This document shows positions 44,324 through 54,853 of a DNA stretch of 64,000 bases, piece by piece; position 1 is the stretch's first letter; each line of letters starts with the position of its first letter. The DNA lies in NCBI GenBank assembly GCA_965644495.1, contig CBFFSA010000002.1, forward strand, positions 682,001 to 746,000. The letters run 5' to 3'. The notes under the pieces were generated by a model. It made no database searches. It saw only the letters and a list, made by a program, of their open reading frames with translations, and was not told where the DNA came from. The translations under genes and the position numbers were made by a program. Source of the DNA: Perkinsela sp. CCAP 1560/9. Taxonomy: Eukaryota > Protista > Euglenozoa: Kinetoplastea.

Positions 44324-45747
44324 GGCGGATTGTCAACACCAACGCACCACTTTTTTTCCCAAAAAATAATTTTCTTGTCATTTCCAGTGCACCACTTTTT
44401 CTTAAAAACTGTATTCTCATTTCCAATGCACCATCAATTATTTAAAGAAGAATTATTTTATAATATCCTTCGGATCTACACTACAAATGCGCCGTTATTC
44501 AAGACTCAGTCATTACGATCGTAATCGTATTCAATCACTCTTTACATCTGGCGAGAGTCGGCGAAGCATAGCTCGCATAATTGGCAAAAGTCACAGCACT
44601 GTTTGTCGCGAGTTGGCGCGTAATGCAAGAAGGGGTCAGCGCTATGAGGGGACGAGGGCACAGCGCATTTCGAAAAGACGCCTCTCGTGTAAAAAGGTCA
44701 AGCCTCACAAGATACAAGGCCTTTTGGAAGAGGAAGTCAGCTCTCGACTTCAAAAGAAGCACAGCCCGGAACAGATTGCAAATACGATCCGTAGCTGTCG
44801 TACCGCCTCGACTTCTACCATATATCGCCATATTCGTCGCAACGCGTCCTTAGGCGGCAAGTTGTACACCCATTTGCGGATCCGGCGAAAGAGGCCATAC
44901 CGTCGTCGCACCAGACCTGATCGCAGCGCGATTCCCAACCGAACGCCACTTGAAAATCGACCAGAAATTGTTAATAAGCGTCGGCGCTACGGCGATTGGG
45001 AAGCAGACTTGGTCGAGGGTCGAGGACATACCGGATATATTCTTACCCTGTGCGAGCGTAAGAGTCGCTTCCTTGTTCTTCGCAAGTTGGAATCTAAGCA
45101 CGCGAAGGGGGTAAGCAAACAAATTGTAGACGGGTTAAAGAATTACAAGGTTCAAACAATCACATACGACAACGGAACAGAATTCTGGCACCATGAAGAA
45201 GTAAACAAAAAATTAAAATGCAAGTCTTTCTTTTGCGCTCCATATCATTCGTGGGAGAAAGGGTCTGTGGAACATGCAAACGGTTTGATCCGACAATTCC
45301 ATCAGAAAACCGAATCTTTTGAGAATTTGAACCAAAGTGAATTAAACAAAACAGCATTGGAATTGAACACTCGTCCTCGGAAATTATTAAATTATCGTTC
45401 TCCAATGGATTTTGTGAATGAACTGCGTAAGTAAAAGAAGCTAAGTAAGCAAAGGTACGTGAGAAAGCTTGTAAAGTTAGTCTGCTAGTATTGGAAATTT
45501 AATGACATTAAATTTAAGCATTTTGTAAAGGTGAAGAAATTCTTGTCTAATAAAGTTTCTTACTCAGATCTTACACTTGTATTACACTTTCTTTAAATAC
45601 TCTGGATAAGTTTTTATGTTGAAAGGAAAAAGGAACGATGTTCAACTATGGTGAGGCGCAGAAAAAAGGAATGACGGTCGACTATGGTGAAAAAAGTGGT
45701 GCGCTGGAGTTGACAATGGGGTGGTGCACTGGAGTTGAACATCCGGG
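44324..45747 (+). mobile_element. IS30-family insertion sequence, apparently complete
   Basis: IRs cggattgtcaacaccaacgcaccac / gtggtgcactggagttgaacatccg, flanked by CTT (44321-23, 45748-50). Alternative boundary 44329-45717 with a 28-bp IR (2 mismatches) and GG duplication. Confidence 0.88.
44487..45434 (+). CDS. IS30-family DDE transposase (315 aa, DD33E), uninterrupted
   Basis: HTH SRRSIARIIGKSHSTVCRELARN, SPEQIA, TIYR, GDWEAD, ERKSRF, TITYDNGTEF, PYHSWEKGSVEHANGLIRQF, LNTRPRK.L.Y.SP; 33 residues between the second D and E. Confidence 0.96.
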   Translation: MRRYSRLSHYDRNRIQSLFTSGESRRSIARIIGKSHSTVCRELARNARRGQRYEGTRAQRISKRRLSCKKVKPHKIQGLLEEEVSSRLQKKHSPEQIANTIRSCRTASTSTIYRHIRRNASLGGKLYTHLRIRRKRPYRRRTRPDRSAIPNRTPLENRPEIVNKRRRYGDWEADLVEGRGHTGYILTLCERKSRFLVLRKLESKHAKGVSKQIVDGLKNYKVQTITYDNGTEFWHHEEVNKKLKCKSFFCAPYHSWEKGSVEHANGLIRQFHQKTESFENLNQSELNKTALELNTRPRKLLNYRSPMDFVNELRK

Positions 45748-47557
45748 CTTCCCTCCCCGGCTCTCTTCTTCTCGCGTCTGTCTCTTCCCGGGAGCTATGC
45801 GCCATGGTGGCCTCCCTTGAGGGCCACTGGGCGTTCTACAGCGGGAGGACACGTTCTATGCGTGTATAGGGGATGCGAACTTGCACCCCTCTCTCCCTAC
45901 ATGCTGTAGCGAGTGCGGCGGTAACGGACCTCCCTATGATGCATCATGATCCACGATAGACCATCTGACAGCATGAACCCACGGCTTGACTGTGTTGCAG
46001 CATGAACCATGGCTATACGTGCTGTAGCATGACCGATGGGCGACTCGTCTCCTACCTCGCACTCCACTCTCTGTGTGACACCCGTCGTATGCGGGTCATG
46101 CGTCGATGGTATTGGCCGTCACACAGAGAGACGTATCTCTGCGCCTCGAGCGTATGATATCATACATAGGAATATTAAGCACCATTGGGACACTTAGAGG
46201 GGTGACTCTGGGTGGGAGCGCCTAGGATATCTTTCGTCAAAATTTTCTTCTTTAGTTTCTTAATATTTTTTTGTTTCAATCTGAAAATGCAGAAATCATG
46301 TTACGGGAATTGTTATTTTGCAGAGCTTAAACGAGGGTTTCGGTATGTAATACACGTTAATAATACATTGTGCTTAGAGGGATGACTCTGGGTGGGAGCG
46401 CCTAGGATCCCGCCTAGGATGTTTTTCAACTTTTTTTCGTCAAAATTCCGAACTCGGCGGACCCATCTGGCGGATACCAGGGGGGGGGGGTCAACCCCAC
46501 GTGGGGATGGAAAATTTGTTCACTTTTTTTTTCAATAATCGATGGTACAATGGTAGTTAAACAACCACCGCAATACACCTAACGTTAAGACTGTCCAACC
46601 GGCGGGCTGCAGCTAGCTGGAATTTCTTACTTCGGAAGGCTGGAGTCGACACGCCCCATCACCGACGACAGCCCAACGCCGGTCTCCCTTTCTAACTCTT
46701 TGTCATGTTAGCCCAGCATGTTCCATCCAAGGGACATTGAGGATTCCGGACCTCTTTGCGAACATCATTTCACCAAGTCGGATCTCCGTAGAAGTTTACT
46801 GGGAGCGCCTAGGAGCGCCTGGGCAGGAGTCACCCCTCTTAATATTCCTGGTAGGAATAATACGAGGGTAAAGGAATATTAACCCGGACAAAAAAAAAGC
46901 GAAAAATTTCAATGATGGACCCGGGTTAAGTTTATGAAGTTTTGCGAGTGTCTTATAGGACTTAAGTCGCTCTTAATCGATCACGAGTGCCGTGCGCATC
47001 TCGGGGCACACGCGGGAGGAAGGTAAGCACAGGGAGCGGTACTTCTTCGTCATGAATCACCAATAAATGTACCAATTTAAAAAAAAATGTACTCTGTGAA
47101 AAATAAATCTACTTTTTTGCGGTTACTTTTTCCGGTTTAGGTATGATACGGGTGTCCACGAGTGAAAAGGACCTCGGATTCGGAACGATTGGGTCGAAAA
47201 ACAGTCCCAAACAAAATATTTCCAAAATCGGACAAAATACAAGACCTGTAGGGAGGGGGGGTAAAAGAGGCTGAACACTACTGTAAGTTGAAAACAACCA
47301 CCGCGTTTAACGAAGAGCCTAAAAATGAAAAGGATTAAAAATGAACTAAAGTAAAACTACTAGAAATCGGAAAAAAAGTGGTTCTGTGTAAGTCTGTGTG
47401 AATTCGTGCAGATCCGTGTAGGTTCGCGTAGGTTTTTTTTGAACCCCAACCTAGCCCATCTGCAGACTCTCCATTGCTATCGGAAAATTCTTAGATTCTT
47501 TTTCCTTCAATGATAATATCATTTACTTTGCTGATAGCGCTGCATTCTTATCTTCTA

Positions 47558-48420
47558 TTTATTGCGGTTGTTGTATAAGTACCGCTCTACCCTCGACTAT
47601 TGAAAAAAAAGTGAACAAAAACAGTGAAAATATAATAAGGAACACAGTAATATAATAGAAGAAAAATATATAAAAGGGGCTCCGGTAGTCCAAAAAATTT
47701 CTAAAAAAATTGGGCCCTTGGGGGGTCCAGGGGGGGTGCATACCGCACGAATTTTTTTTGAAAAAAATATTTTTCGAAAAAATAATTTTCCACCCCCCTA
47801 CCAGGGGGTGACCCCCCCCTCGTATGCGCAGGATGGGTCCGACAAGTTCGGATTTTTTCGGAATTTTTTTTTGAAAAACTTTTCAACTTGACGAAAAAAA
47901 TGGTAAAAAAAGTATTTTTACAAAATTGTTTCCCCTATTGTATTTTGATAGTTTGATAGTTTGGGACCTATTCTAGCTTTCCACGCCATTGTTTTCGCGA
48001 GATGTCGCTTCTTGAAGCCATGGTACGCCTACCAAAATGACCCATTTTTGACTAAAAAAGGTGAAAAAGTATTTTTCGGATCCCAAGGGGCCTTTTTGTG
48101 TCGAAAGAATAGTGTGGTTGGAGTCGCATTCTCTACCCAATATGTTATGTAACCTCGAATACATGCCTATGAGTGATTTCCCACGCGTAAATGTCGGATG
48201 CAGTGCTCTGAGAGCAAAAATACCCAAAAAGCACCCCATTCTTACCTAAAAATCGGCTATTTTTGGCTCAAATCCTTCCGTTTTCTTCAGCGTCCCTGGC
48301 TAATTTTCCTTTTTTAGGCTCTTCGTTAAACGCGGTGGTAGTTTTCAACGCGAAGCGCGCAGCATGAGTGACTTCTAAGTTGAAAACAACCACTGCGTTT
48401 AACGAAAAGCCTAAAAAAGG
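47558..48420. repeat. Inverted near-full copy of the dominant dispersed repeat
   Basis: Reverse complement of 6811-7655 plus the terminal palindrome. Confidence 0.9.
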
Positions 48421-48427
48421 AAATTAC

Positions 48428-49330
48428 ATGTCCAAACGAAGATCATCGACAATCAGGGCGCCCGAACCGCTCTCTTCATCTGAATCAAGCTCTGAAGGTG
48501 AGATAGTGGTCCCGGACCCAAAGCGATCAAAGCGGAACGAGCGGCACAAGATGACGGCGAAGTCTTTGTCTGGACATTTCAATTTGGCTCGTTGCCCGCC
48601 AAACTGTCCACATGAACATGCGGATATTCTCACAGACGCCCTTAAACAAAAAATACACTTTGTGTGCACTACATAGGGTTGCACGTTTCAATTGCATTGC
48701 CGATTCAAAAATGACTACCATAATCATGTTCGCGAGTGTCGTGAGGGTAAACAGGAACGGTGTCCACGATTGTAAGGACATCGTTATCCCAGAACCCGTG
48801 CGCTGAGTTATTGGGATGTGTCAAAATCCGTGGAACGGAATATTCACCAAGCCAGATAGACTCTAAAGTCTGAGCCGTTCCGACCCTGCAGGAATCGCGA
48901 CGCCGTATTGTGTGCCGCGAATGATGGCTTGCGCTCGCAGTTTAAGTGCTGCACATTTAAGTGCTGGCGACTGGGAGGGGTCAGTGGGGTGAGGAGAGGC
49001 GTGATTTCGGAATTTGCACGTTTCAAGGTGTGAGACCTGCTTTGAAACATTTTTTTTCCACATACGTAATTTTTTCTACATGACCTGCAGAGGCAGTGAC
49101 CTTGTTCATCCCACCACTGTTCCCGCGTCACCGTGTCGGAGGGCGACGTGATTGTAGAAGGCCTGCCACTGCGCTCCATGGGACGTTGTACTTCAAGTGC
49201 ATCCGTCCACGGGACAAACACGAGATTCTGTGGGCATGAAGAGAGGAAGTGTGGTTGCGGAGAGATTACTTGAATGGAGAAGAAGCGATTGTCGTGCAGA
49301 GTACGGGGTATCGGGTCCCTGATTCTGTTC
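48428..49330 (+). pseudogene. Decayed ORF, possibly a MULE/Mutator transposase remnant
   Basis: FVCTT*GCTFQLHCR...HNH..EC resembles the MuDR/WRKY-GCM1 C-x-GC-x-F...HxH motif; several stops. Confidence 0.3.
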
Positions 49331-49700
49331 CACTCCGCCTCGCACGAGTTCGTTTTTAAAAAAAATGCAAAAAAAAAAGGTTGTTTGGTTTAGGGGATAG
49401 AAAAAGGGGGAAACCGGATGTAGGATGGATTTTTCCCTCTATGGATTGAGATACTGTTTCTGTAGCGACAACTTGCTCAGCAAAGTTGGCACACTCATCG
49501 AGCTTCATTGTAGTACGGGATCGTATGATTGGTTGGCAAATCAGGGTGAAAGCGGGTAAATGGGTCAATGACCCGGGTAAATTACCCTTGTTTACCACCA
49601 TGCGGGTAATTACCCATTTACCCGGCAGGGGTATGTACTTGGAACTTCAGTATATCAATAAAATTTTGCAGGAGCCAGATGTGCATAAGGATATGTTTCG

Positions 49701-49986
49701 ATGAATCGCAGAAAACTCATTGATGCTAGTGATAGCACTGTACTCGAACGGAATCTATTGAGGTTCGGTGTTTCAACCGTGGCATATGAAAGAAATTTTT
49801 TTGACGGTTCATACTGCAAACGGCTTTAAAATACATTCCCTAATTGGCACATCAGAGGAATGCAAACTCTTTATTAATTGGCTTAAAAACGGCGTTTTGC
49901 AGGCTTTGCAACAAAGACATCTATGTGCAGTGACCCTCTTCGTGTGTTCTTCGCATTCATGTGGGGAGCAGGCTGAGTTCCTGTGA
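49701..49986 (+). pseudogene. HOP1/HORMAD-like HORMA domain fragment (frameshifted, truncated)
   Basis: SDSTVLERNLLRFGVSTVAYERNFF, then a frameshift near 49815, then KIHSL...KLFINWLKNGVLQALQQRHL.AVTLFV; matches the HOP1-type S..L.+NLLR..+S.+.Y.R.+F and LI.W++.GV.DA+.++YL blocks. Confidence 0.72.
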
Positions 49987-50247
49987 GGTCACAATCAATG
50001 CCCCTTATATTCTTTCTTATTTTTTTCGTTTCCCCTTAACTTTAATTCCCTACCTGCATACTGCACATTAAATTTTAATATGCACAATGTTGTTGAGCCC
50101 CATTACCTATAGGGTTATCAACGTATCCGAACAAATATGATGCATTTTTCTAAATAAAATATCTATTTTGTAGATTTTGATTTCCAACTCCTAACGATTT
50201 CTTAATTTTCTATCTAACTATTTTCATCGAAACTTGATTAAACCCTT

Positions 50248-51789
50248 ATGAACGTCACTAAGGCTAATTTCCCCTCCGTCCTTCCGGAATTCGGTAATCT
50301 CCTTGAACAGTGCGAATTTTATGCGATCGATGGCGAAATGACTGGAATCGAAATTCCTTCATCACGGGGACATGTATGCGATGAGCCTGAGGTTGCTTTT
50401 GAAAAGAAATGCCGTGTGGCGGAGACTTACAGTTTTATTCAATTCGGTATATGTTTGTTTCAGGAAAACTCCGGCCCAGGACCACGGTACGTTGCCCGAC
50501 CGTTTAACTTTTTCGTTTTTCCAAGCAGCGACGAGCGACTTTGTCCCGGAAGAACTCTGGTGCTGGAGCCAGATGGAATTTCATTTAACAAGCGCAACCA
50601 AATGGATTTTCAAAAGTGGTTCTACGAAGGGGTCGGGTATTGCAATGCAGCACAGGAAGACCGCTATCGAGCACGCAAACTAGAGCAATTCACGGCTCCC
50701 GCACCGACAAGTCAACTCACTGACCCTATCGATAAGAAAGTAGCTGCGGAACTTGAACGTAAAGTGAAAGAGTGGTACGCCGACAAGAATGGTTCCTCCG
50801 AGTACGTCTTGCCTCAGAAAGCAGAGCGTCGGGTACGACTCTTTGTCCAATCCCAGCTCCGAGACCTGGAGCTTACCTTCACCAACCGTGGACGTCTCTC
50901 GTTGGTGGTCCGAGGGAAGACTTCGCAAGAGGCCGCAGCGGAACAGGTGGAGTCGCAAATACTCGACTTCGTAGGATTTCGTAAAGTGTTCAACTTGATG
51001 GTAGCCTCCAAAAAGCCTGTCATCGGGCATCACTGTCTAAGTGACTACTTATTTCTCATTGCGGCTATGGATGCGGATCTTCCCAAAAAGAGCCAAGATT
51101 TTGCCATTCTCATGCAGCGTTATTTTCCGCATATCTACGACACTCGACTTTTAGCTTCCTACATACCGGACTGGGAATCCAAATTTCGCTCCCGGGGGCT
51201 TCAAATGGTTGCAGAGTACTACATGGATAGCACACAAAAAAAGATGGCCAATGTTACTTTTCCTCTTGGATTCGATCGGTACGCTGAGGCTCTTCGCATG
51301 AAGGCGGCGGGGAAGACTCTCTATGGGGCTCTTGCCCATGAGGCAGGATACGATGCCCTGTGCGCGGGTTACGTCTACCTTTGCCTTCGGGAAGAGCTCT
51401 CGTTACAAACCCTTGCTGCATGTCAGAATGTCTTCCCCCTATTTCGCTCTCTCTATGCTATAAACGTGGGGGCCCGGTTCGGGGGTAACACAATATCAGC
51501 ACACGTTGCCGCCGCTAAAGCAGAGATCGAAAGCCCGCACATTCCCTCATTCTTATGGGTACCGGAATTTGACGTGATAGAGATATCCTACCCAGTGGCT
51601 TGGGGATACTCCGACGTGGAGGCTCGTTGCGTGTCTCTCAAAGGGCAGCTGCAATGGGTGGAACAGGGAACCGCCATGTTCTGTCTTAATGCTCAACAGG
51701 GACCAGAATTTGCTCTACGGACATTGGCAGTGCACGCCGGAGATGGTTTGCATGCTAAACTTTTGGAAAAACCTGTCTCAGAACTTTAA
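50248..51789 (+). CDS. PARN: Poly(A)-specific ribonuclease PARN (CAF1/DEDD family)
   Basis: MNVTKANF, AIDGEMTG, QFGICLF, PFNFFVFP, VGFRKVF, GHH..SD, YDT, HEAGYDA. Confidence 0.92.
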   Translation: MNVTKANFPSVLPEFGNLLEQCEFYAIDGEMTGIEIPSSRGHVCDEPEVAFEKKCRVAETYSFIQFGICLFQENSGPGPRYVARPFNFFVFPSSDERLCPGRTLVLEPDGISFNKRNQMDFQKWFYEGVGYCNAAQEDRYRARKLEQFTAPAPTSQLTDPIDKKVAAELERKVKEWYADKNGSSEYVLPQKAERRVRLFVQSQLRDLELTFTNRGRLSLVVRGKTSQEAAAEQVESQILDFVGFRKVFNLMVASKKPVIGHHCLSDYLFLIAAMDADLPKKSQDFAILMQRYFPHIYDTRLLASYIPDWESKFRSRGLQMVAEYYMDSTQKKMANVTFPLGFDRYAEALRMKAAGKTLYGALAHEAGYDALCAGYVYLCLREELSLQTLAACQNVFPLFRSLYAINVGARFGGNTISAHVAAAKAEIESPHIPSFLWVPEFDVIEISYPVAWGYSDVEARCVSLKGQLQWVEQGTAMFCLNAQQGPEFALRTLAVHAGDGLHAKLLEKPVSEL

Positions 51790-52197
51790 ATATCGCTCAA
51801 ATATTTGTCTTGAATTAAATAACAATGAAATGGACGACAATGTGCTGGCGAAATCAGAAATCCTTTTATATTGGAATTTATATTTTATATTGGGATTTTA
51901 TATTGGAAATTACTTGTTCTTGCTCCGATTTGTCTAGTACGAATTAATAGAAGCGTTCCAATCTTCAATCATAGCAGATATTTTTATCTGTAGCATAGTA
52001 ATCCATATCATGTTGCTATGTGATCTTTATGTTGTTCCTTAATGTCAATATAAAAAAAACATGAAAATATGAATGAATAAGATCTCGTTTTTTATGTACC
52101 ATTACGAGAAAATGATTTTGAAATTTTTCTTGCTCAGCGTCGTCTCATAGGAATACACAGTCGTTTTGAAAGCTATACAGTTCCGTGGGCGGAAATT

Positions 52198-52686
52198 TAT
52201 ACAGATCATTGAACTGTACCATAGTTCTCCCATATCACTTTAGTTTTGAGTATTCATATTCTTATTTGATTTTTCAAAGGACATATCTTTGATCGTATTT
52301 CTAAGTGCGCGTGAGCACAGTTGCATCCTGAGTATGGTCTCTCCACAAGTCCAAGATAATTAATTTCGTAGTTTTTTTTCTCTTTACTGGTGGGATAAGC
52401 TTTTTCGGCCAACTTTCTCTGTTCTCCCGACTTTTTTGACAATTCTTTCTTATTTATTCTTCTGAAAACGTGTCAAAAACGCTTATTTGGGTCCCTTAGC
52501 GGAATATCATACAGATCAATGATCTGTAGCATAGTTCTTCTGTATCGCTGTTTGTTTTTGAGTATTCATATTCTTATTCGATTTTTTAAGGACATATCTT
52601 TGATCGTATTTCTAAGTGCACGTGAGTACAGTTGCATCCTGAATATGGTCTCTCCACAAGTCCAAGACAATGAACTTCGTAGTTTT
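52198..52686. repeat. Two diverged direct copies of a ~175-bp sequence
   Basis: atacagatc...aaggacatatctttgatcgtatttctaagtg...ctccacaagtccaaga at ~52200 and ~52510. Confidence 0.85.
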
Positions 52687-53750
52687 CTTTTAAATTAAGA
52701 GGGGTGAACCGGGCTCGGTGCGAGCGGGTGCGTCCGGGTGCGGTCGGGTGCGGCTCAAAGTAAAAATACAGTGCCCCGAAAAAGATCACTCCTAGATATT
52801 CAGGAGTTGAACAATTTTATATACCCTCTTACCAGTTCTGAATTTTGAGAGGTACACGTTCCCGTTACTTTTAGTGAAGTGAAATTTTGATGAAATGTAG
52901 TCAAAATGTATCCTAAAAAAATAGTTCCAAAATTTACTTTAACCTTACAAATCCTTTTATGGATCTTCCACCTGACCACACTGTGTTCCTTGAAGACAAG
53001 TATGCTAGCTCTTCTTCACCCACTTATGACCGTTTACGCAAGTGGGTAGGCCTCAAGTTGCGCGAAACTATGATTGTTGTATTTTTCCGTGACTTCTCGA
53101 TCACTGATTAAAAACTGAATAAAAAATGGGCGGTCTAATGAGGGGTCTAGGGGGGGGTGTCCAGGGGGGCATACCGCACGAAATGTTTTTTGAAAAATAT
53201 TATTTTTCGAAAAAAAAACTTTTTTTTGTCCCTACCCCCTTGAACCCCCCTCCCAGCTATCCCCGTACACCGCGGCGGTACCAAAAAAACCCTCAGAAGG
53301 GGTAGCCGGGGCCTTGGCGCGTATTTTCCACCCCCATACCCGGGGGTGGCCCTCCCTCGTATGGGCAGGATTTTTTTTGGGACGAATTTTTGTACAGATT
53401 TTCGCCGCTGTTGAAATGGAGAATCTGCAGGTAGTCCCTTTGGGGCGTTCGAGAATTATCTTCATCGATCTCTAGAGAACTCTGATCCACACTGACATCC
53501 ACCGATCTGTACGGCGAGTCTTTGCATACTGTACATCAGAGAAACTCTCCTGCTACGTACTGTACGCTTTCGAAATGATCAGTGCACCAGCGCGCCGCCT
53601 AGATGTGGGGTTCTCTCTTCTACAAGGACGGAGTAATGTTTACTTTTGCCCTTCGCATGCATAGATAGGCCATTCTATCTATGCATGCATTCGCATGCAT
53701 ACACCCCCGTTCACATTTATTGCCCGCAATTGATTGAGCGGCTCGTGGGA

Positions 53751-54853
53751 GGCCACTCGCACCTTTATAACGCATAAAACTCGCACCCTTATAACGCATA
53801 AAACTCGCACCCTTATAATGCATGTTTTTTGCGAGCCCTTAAAAAAAAGTGGCCCACCCCCTCGAAAAAACGACCCCACAAAAAAAGTGGAGGGGAGAAA
53901 TAAGTTAAAAAGAAAAAAAAAGTGGAGAGGAGAAATAAGTTAAAGAGCGCTAGTATTTCATTCCTGCTCCCGGTGAGGCCCCGGAGTTGCGAGAGGCCTC
54001 CATACCCCACAACTACCACCTTCCCCCCTATTTAGCGGGGGTCGCGCGAGCGACCCCTGATGAGTGGGGGGAAGGTGGTAGTTGTTTTGGGGAATATGAG
54101 AGGCCGAACGCACGGAGGGGCCGGCCGGGCCACTGAGTCTGACGTTAGTGGGAAGCAATTTGCGAAGCCCAACTTTTCCACCACACCCAAGCAATTTACG
54201 AAGCCCAGCATTTCCACCATATTTTTGCAATCAGGTTACATTATGCGTTATTAGGTTACATTATGCGTTATCAGGTTACAATATGCATTATAAGGGTGCG
54301 AGTTTCTATGCATTATAAGGGTGTGAGTTTTATGCATTATCAGTGGGACAATATGCATTATTTTTTAAGCTCTTCGTTAAACGCGGTGGTTGTTTTCAAC
54401 TTAGAAGTCACTCATGCTGCGCGCTTCGCGTTGTAGGGGGGCGGAAAAGCGAAAGTAGGGGGGTGGAAAATGCTCGCCAAGACCCCGGCTACCCTTTCTG
54501 CGTTTTTTTTTCGAAAACTAATTTTTTCGAAAAAAATTGCTCGACCATGACCCCCCCCTGGACCACCCCCTGGACCCCCCCCCATGGACCCCCCATTTTT
54601 TTCAATTTTTTTTTTTCAGTTTTGGACCACCGGAGCCCCCTTTAATATTTTTTTCTTCTATTATATTACTGTGTTCTTCTTTATATTTTCACTGTTTTTG
54701 TTCACTTTTTTTTCAATAATTGAGTGTAGAGCGGTAGTTTTACAACCACCGCAATAAAGGTTACAATATGCATTATAAAGGTTACAATATGCATTATAAA
54801 GGGTACAATATGCGTTATCAGGTTACAATATGCGTTATAAGGGTGCGCGTGCC
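53751..54853. mobile_element. Non-autonomous TIR element with tandem subterminal repeats, containing a rod-like hairpin and a nested dispersed-repeat copy (54365-54755)
   Basis: Left ggccactcgcacctttataacgcat vs right atgcgttataagggtgcgcgtgcc; 24-bp and 20-21-bp tandem repeats near the ends. Confidence 0.6.

Larger units (their letters stand above)
43148..46889. mobile_element. Non-autonomous TIR element hosting a pogo remnant, the IS30 and a structured non-coding cargo
   Basis: Inverted termini gtccgggttaatattcct / aggaatattaacccggac with repeated aggaata motifs. Confidence 0.6.

Noticed and set aside
43955-46165. Structured region as telomerase RNA, SRP RNA or a group II intron
   Set aside because: No CCCTAA template on either strand, and no SRP helix-8 motif or group II domain V that I could recognise.
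54057-54110. CTGATGAG...CGAA resembling a hammerhead ribozyme core
   Set aside because: No stem II can form between the motifs and the second reads CGAAC, not GAAA; the bases are part of the long rod.
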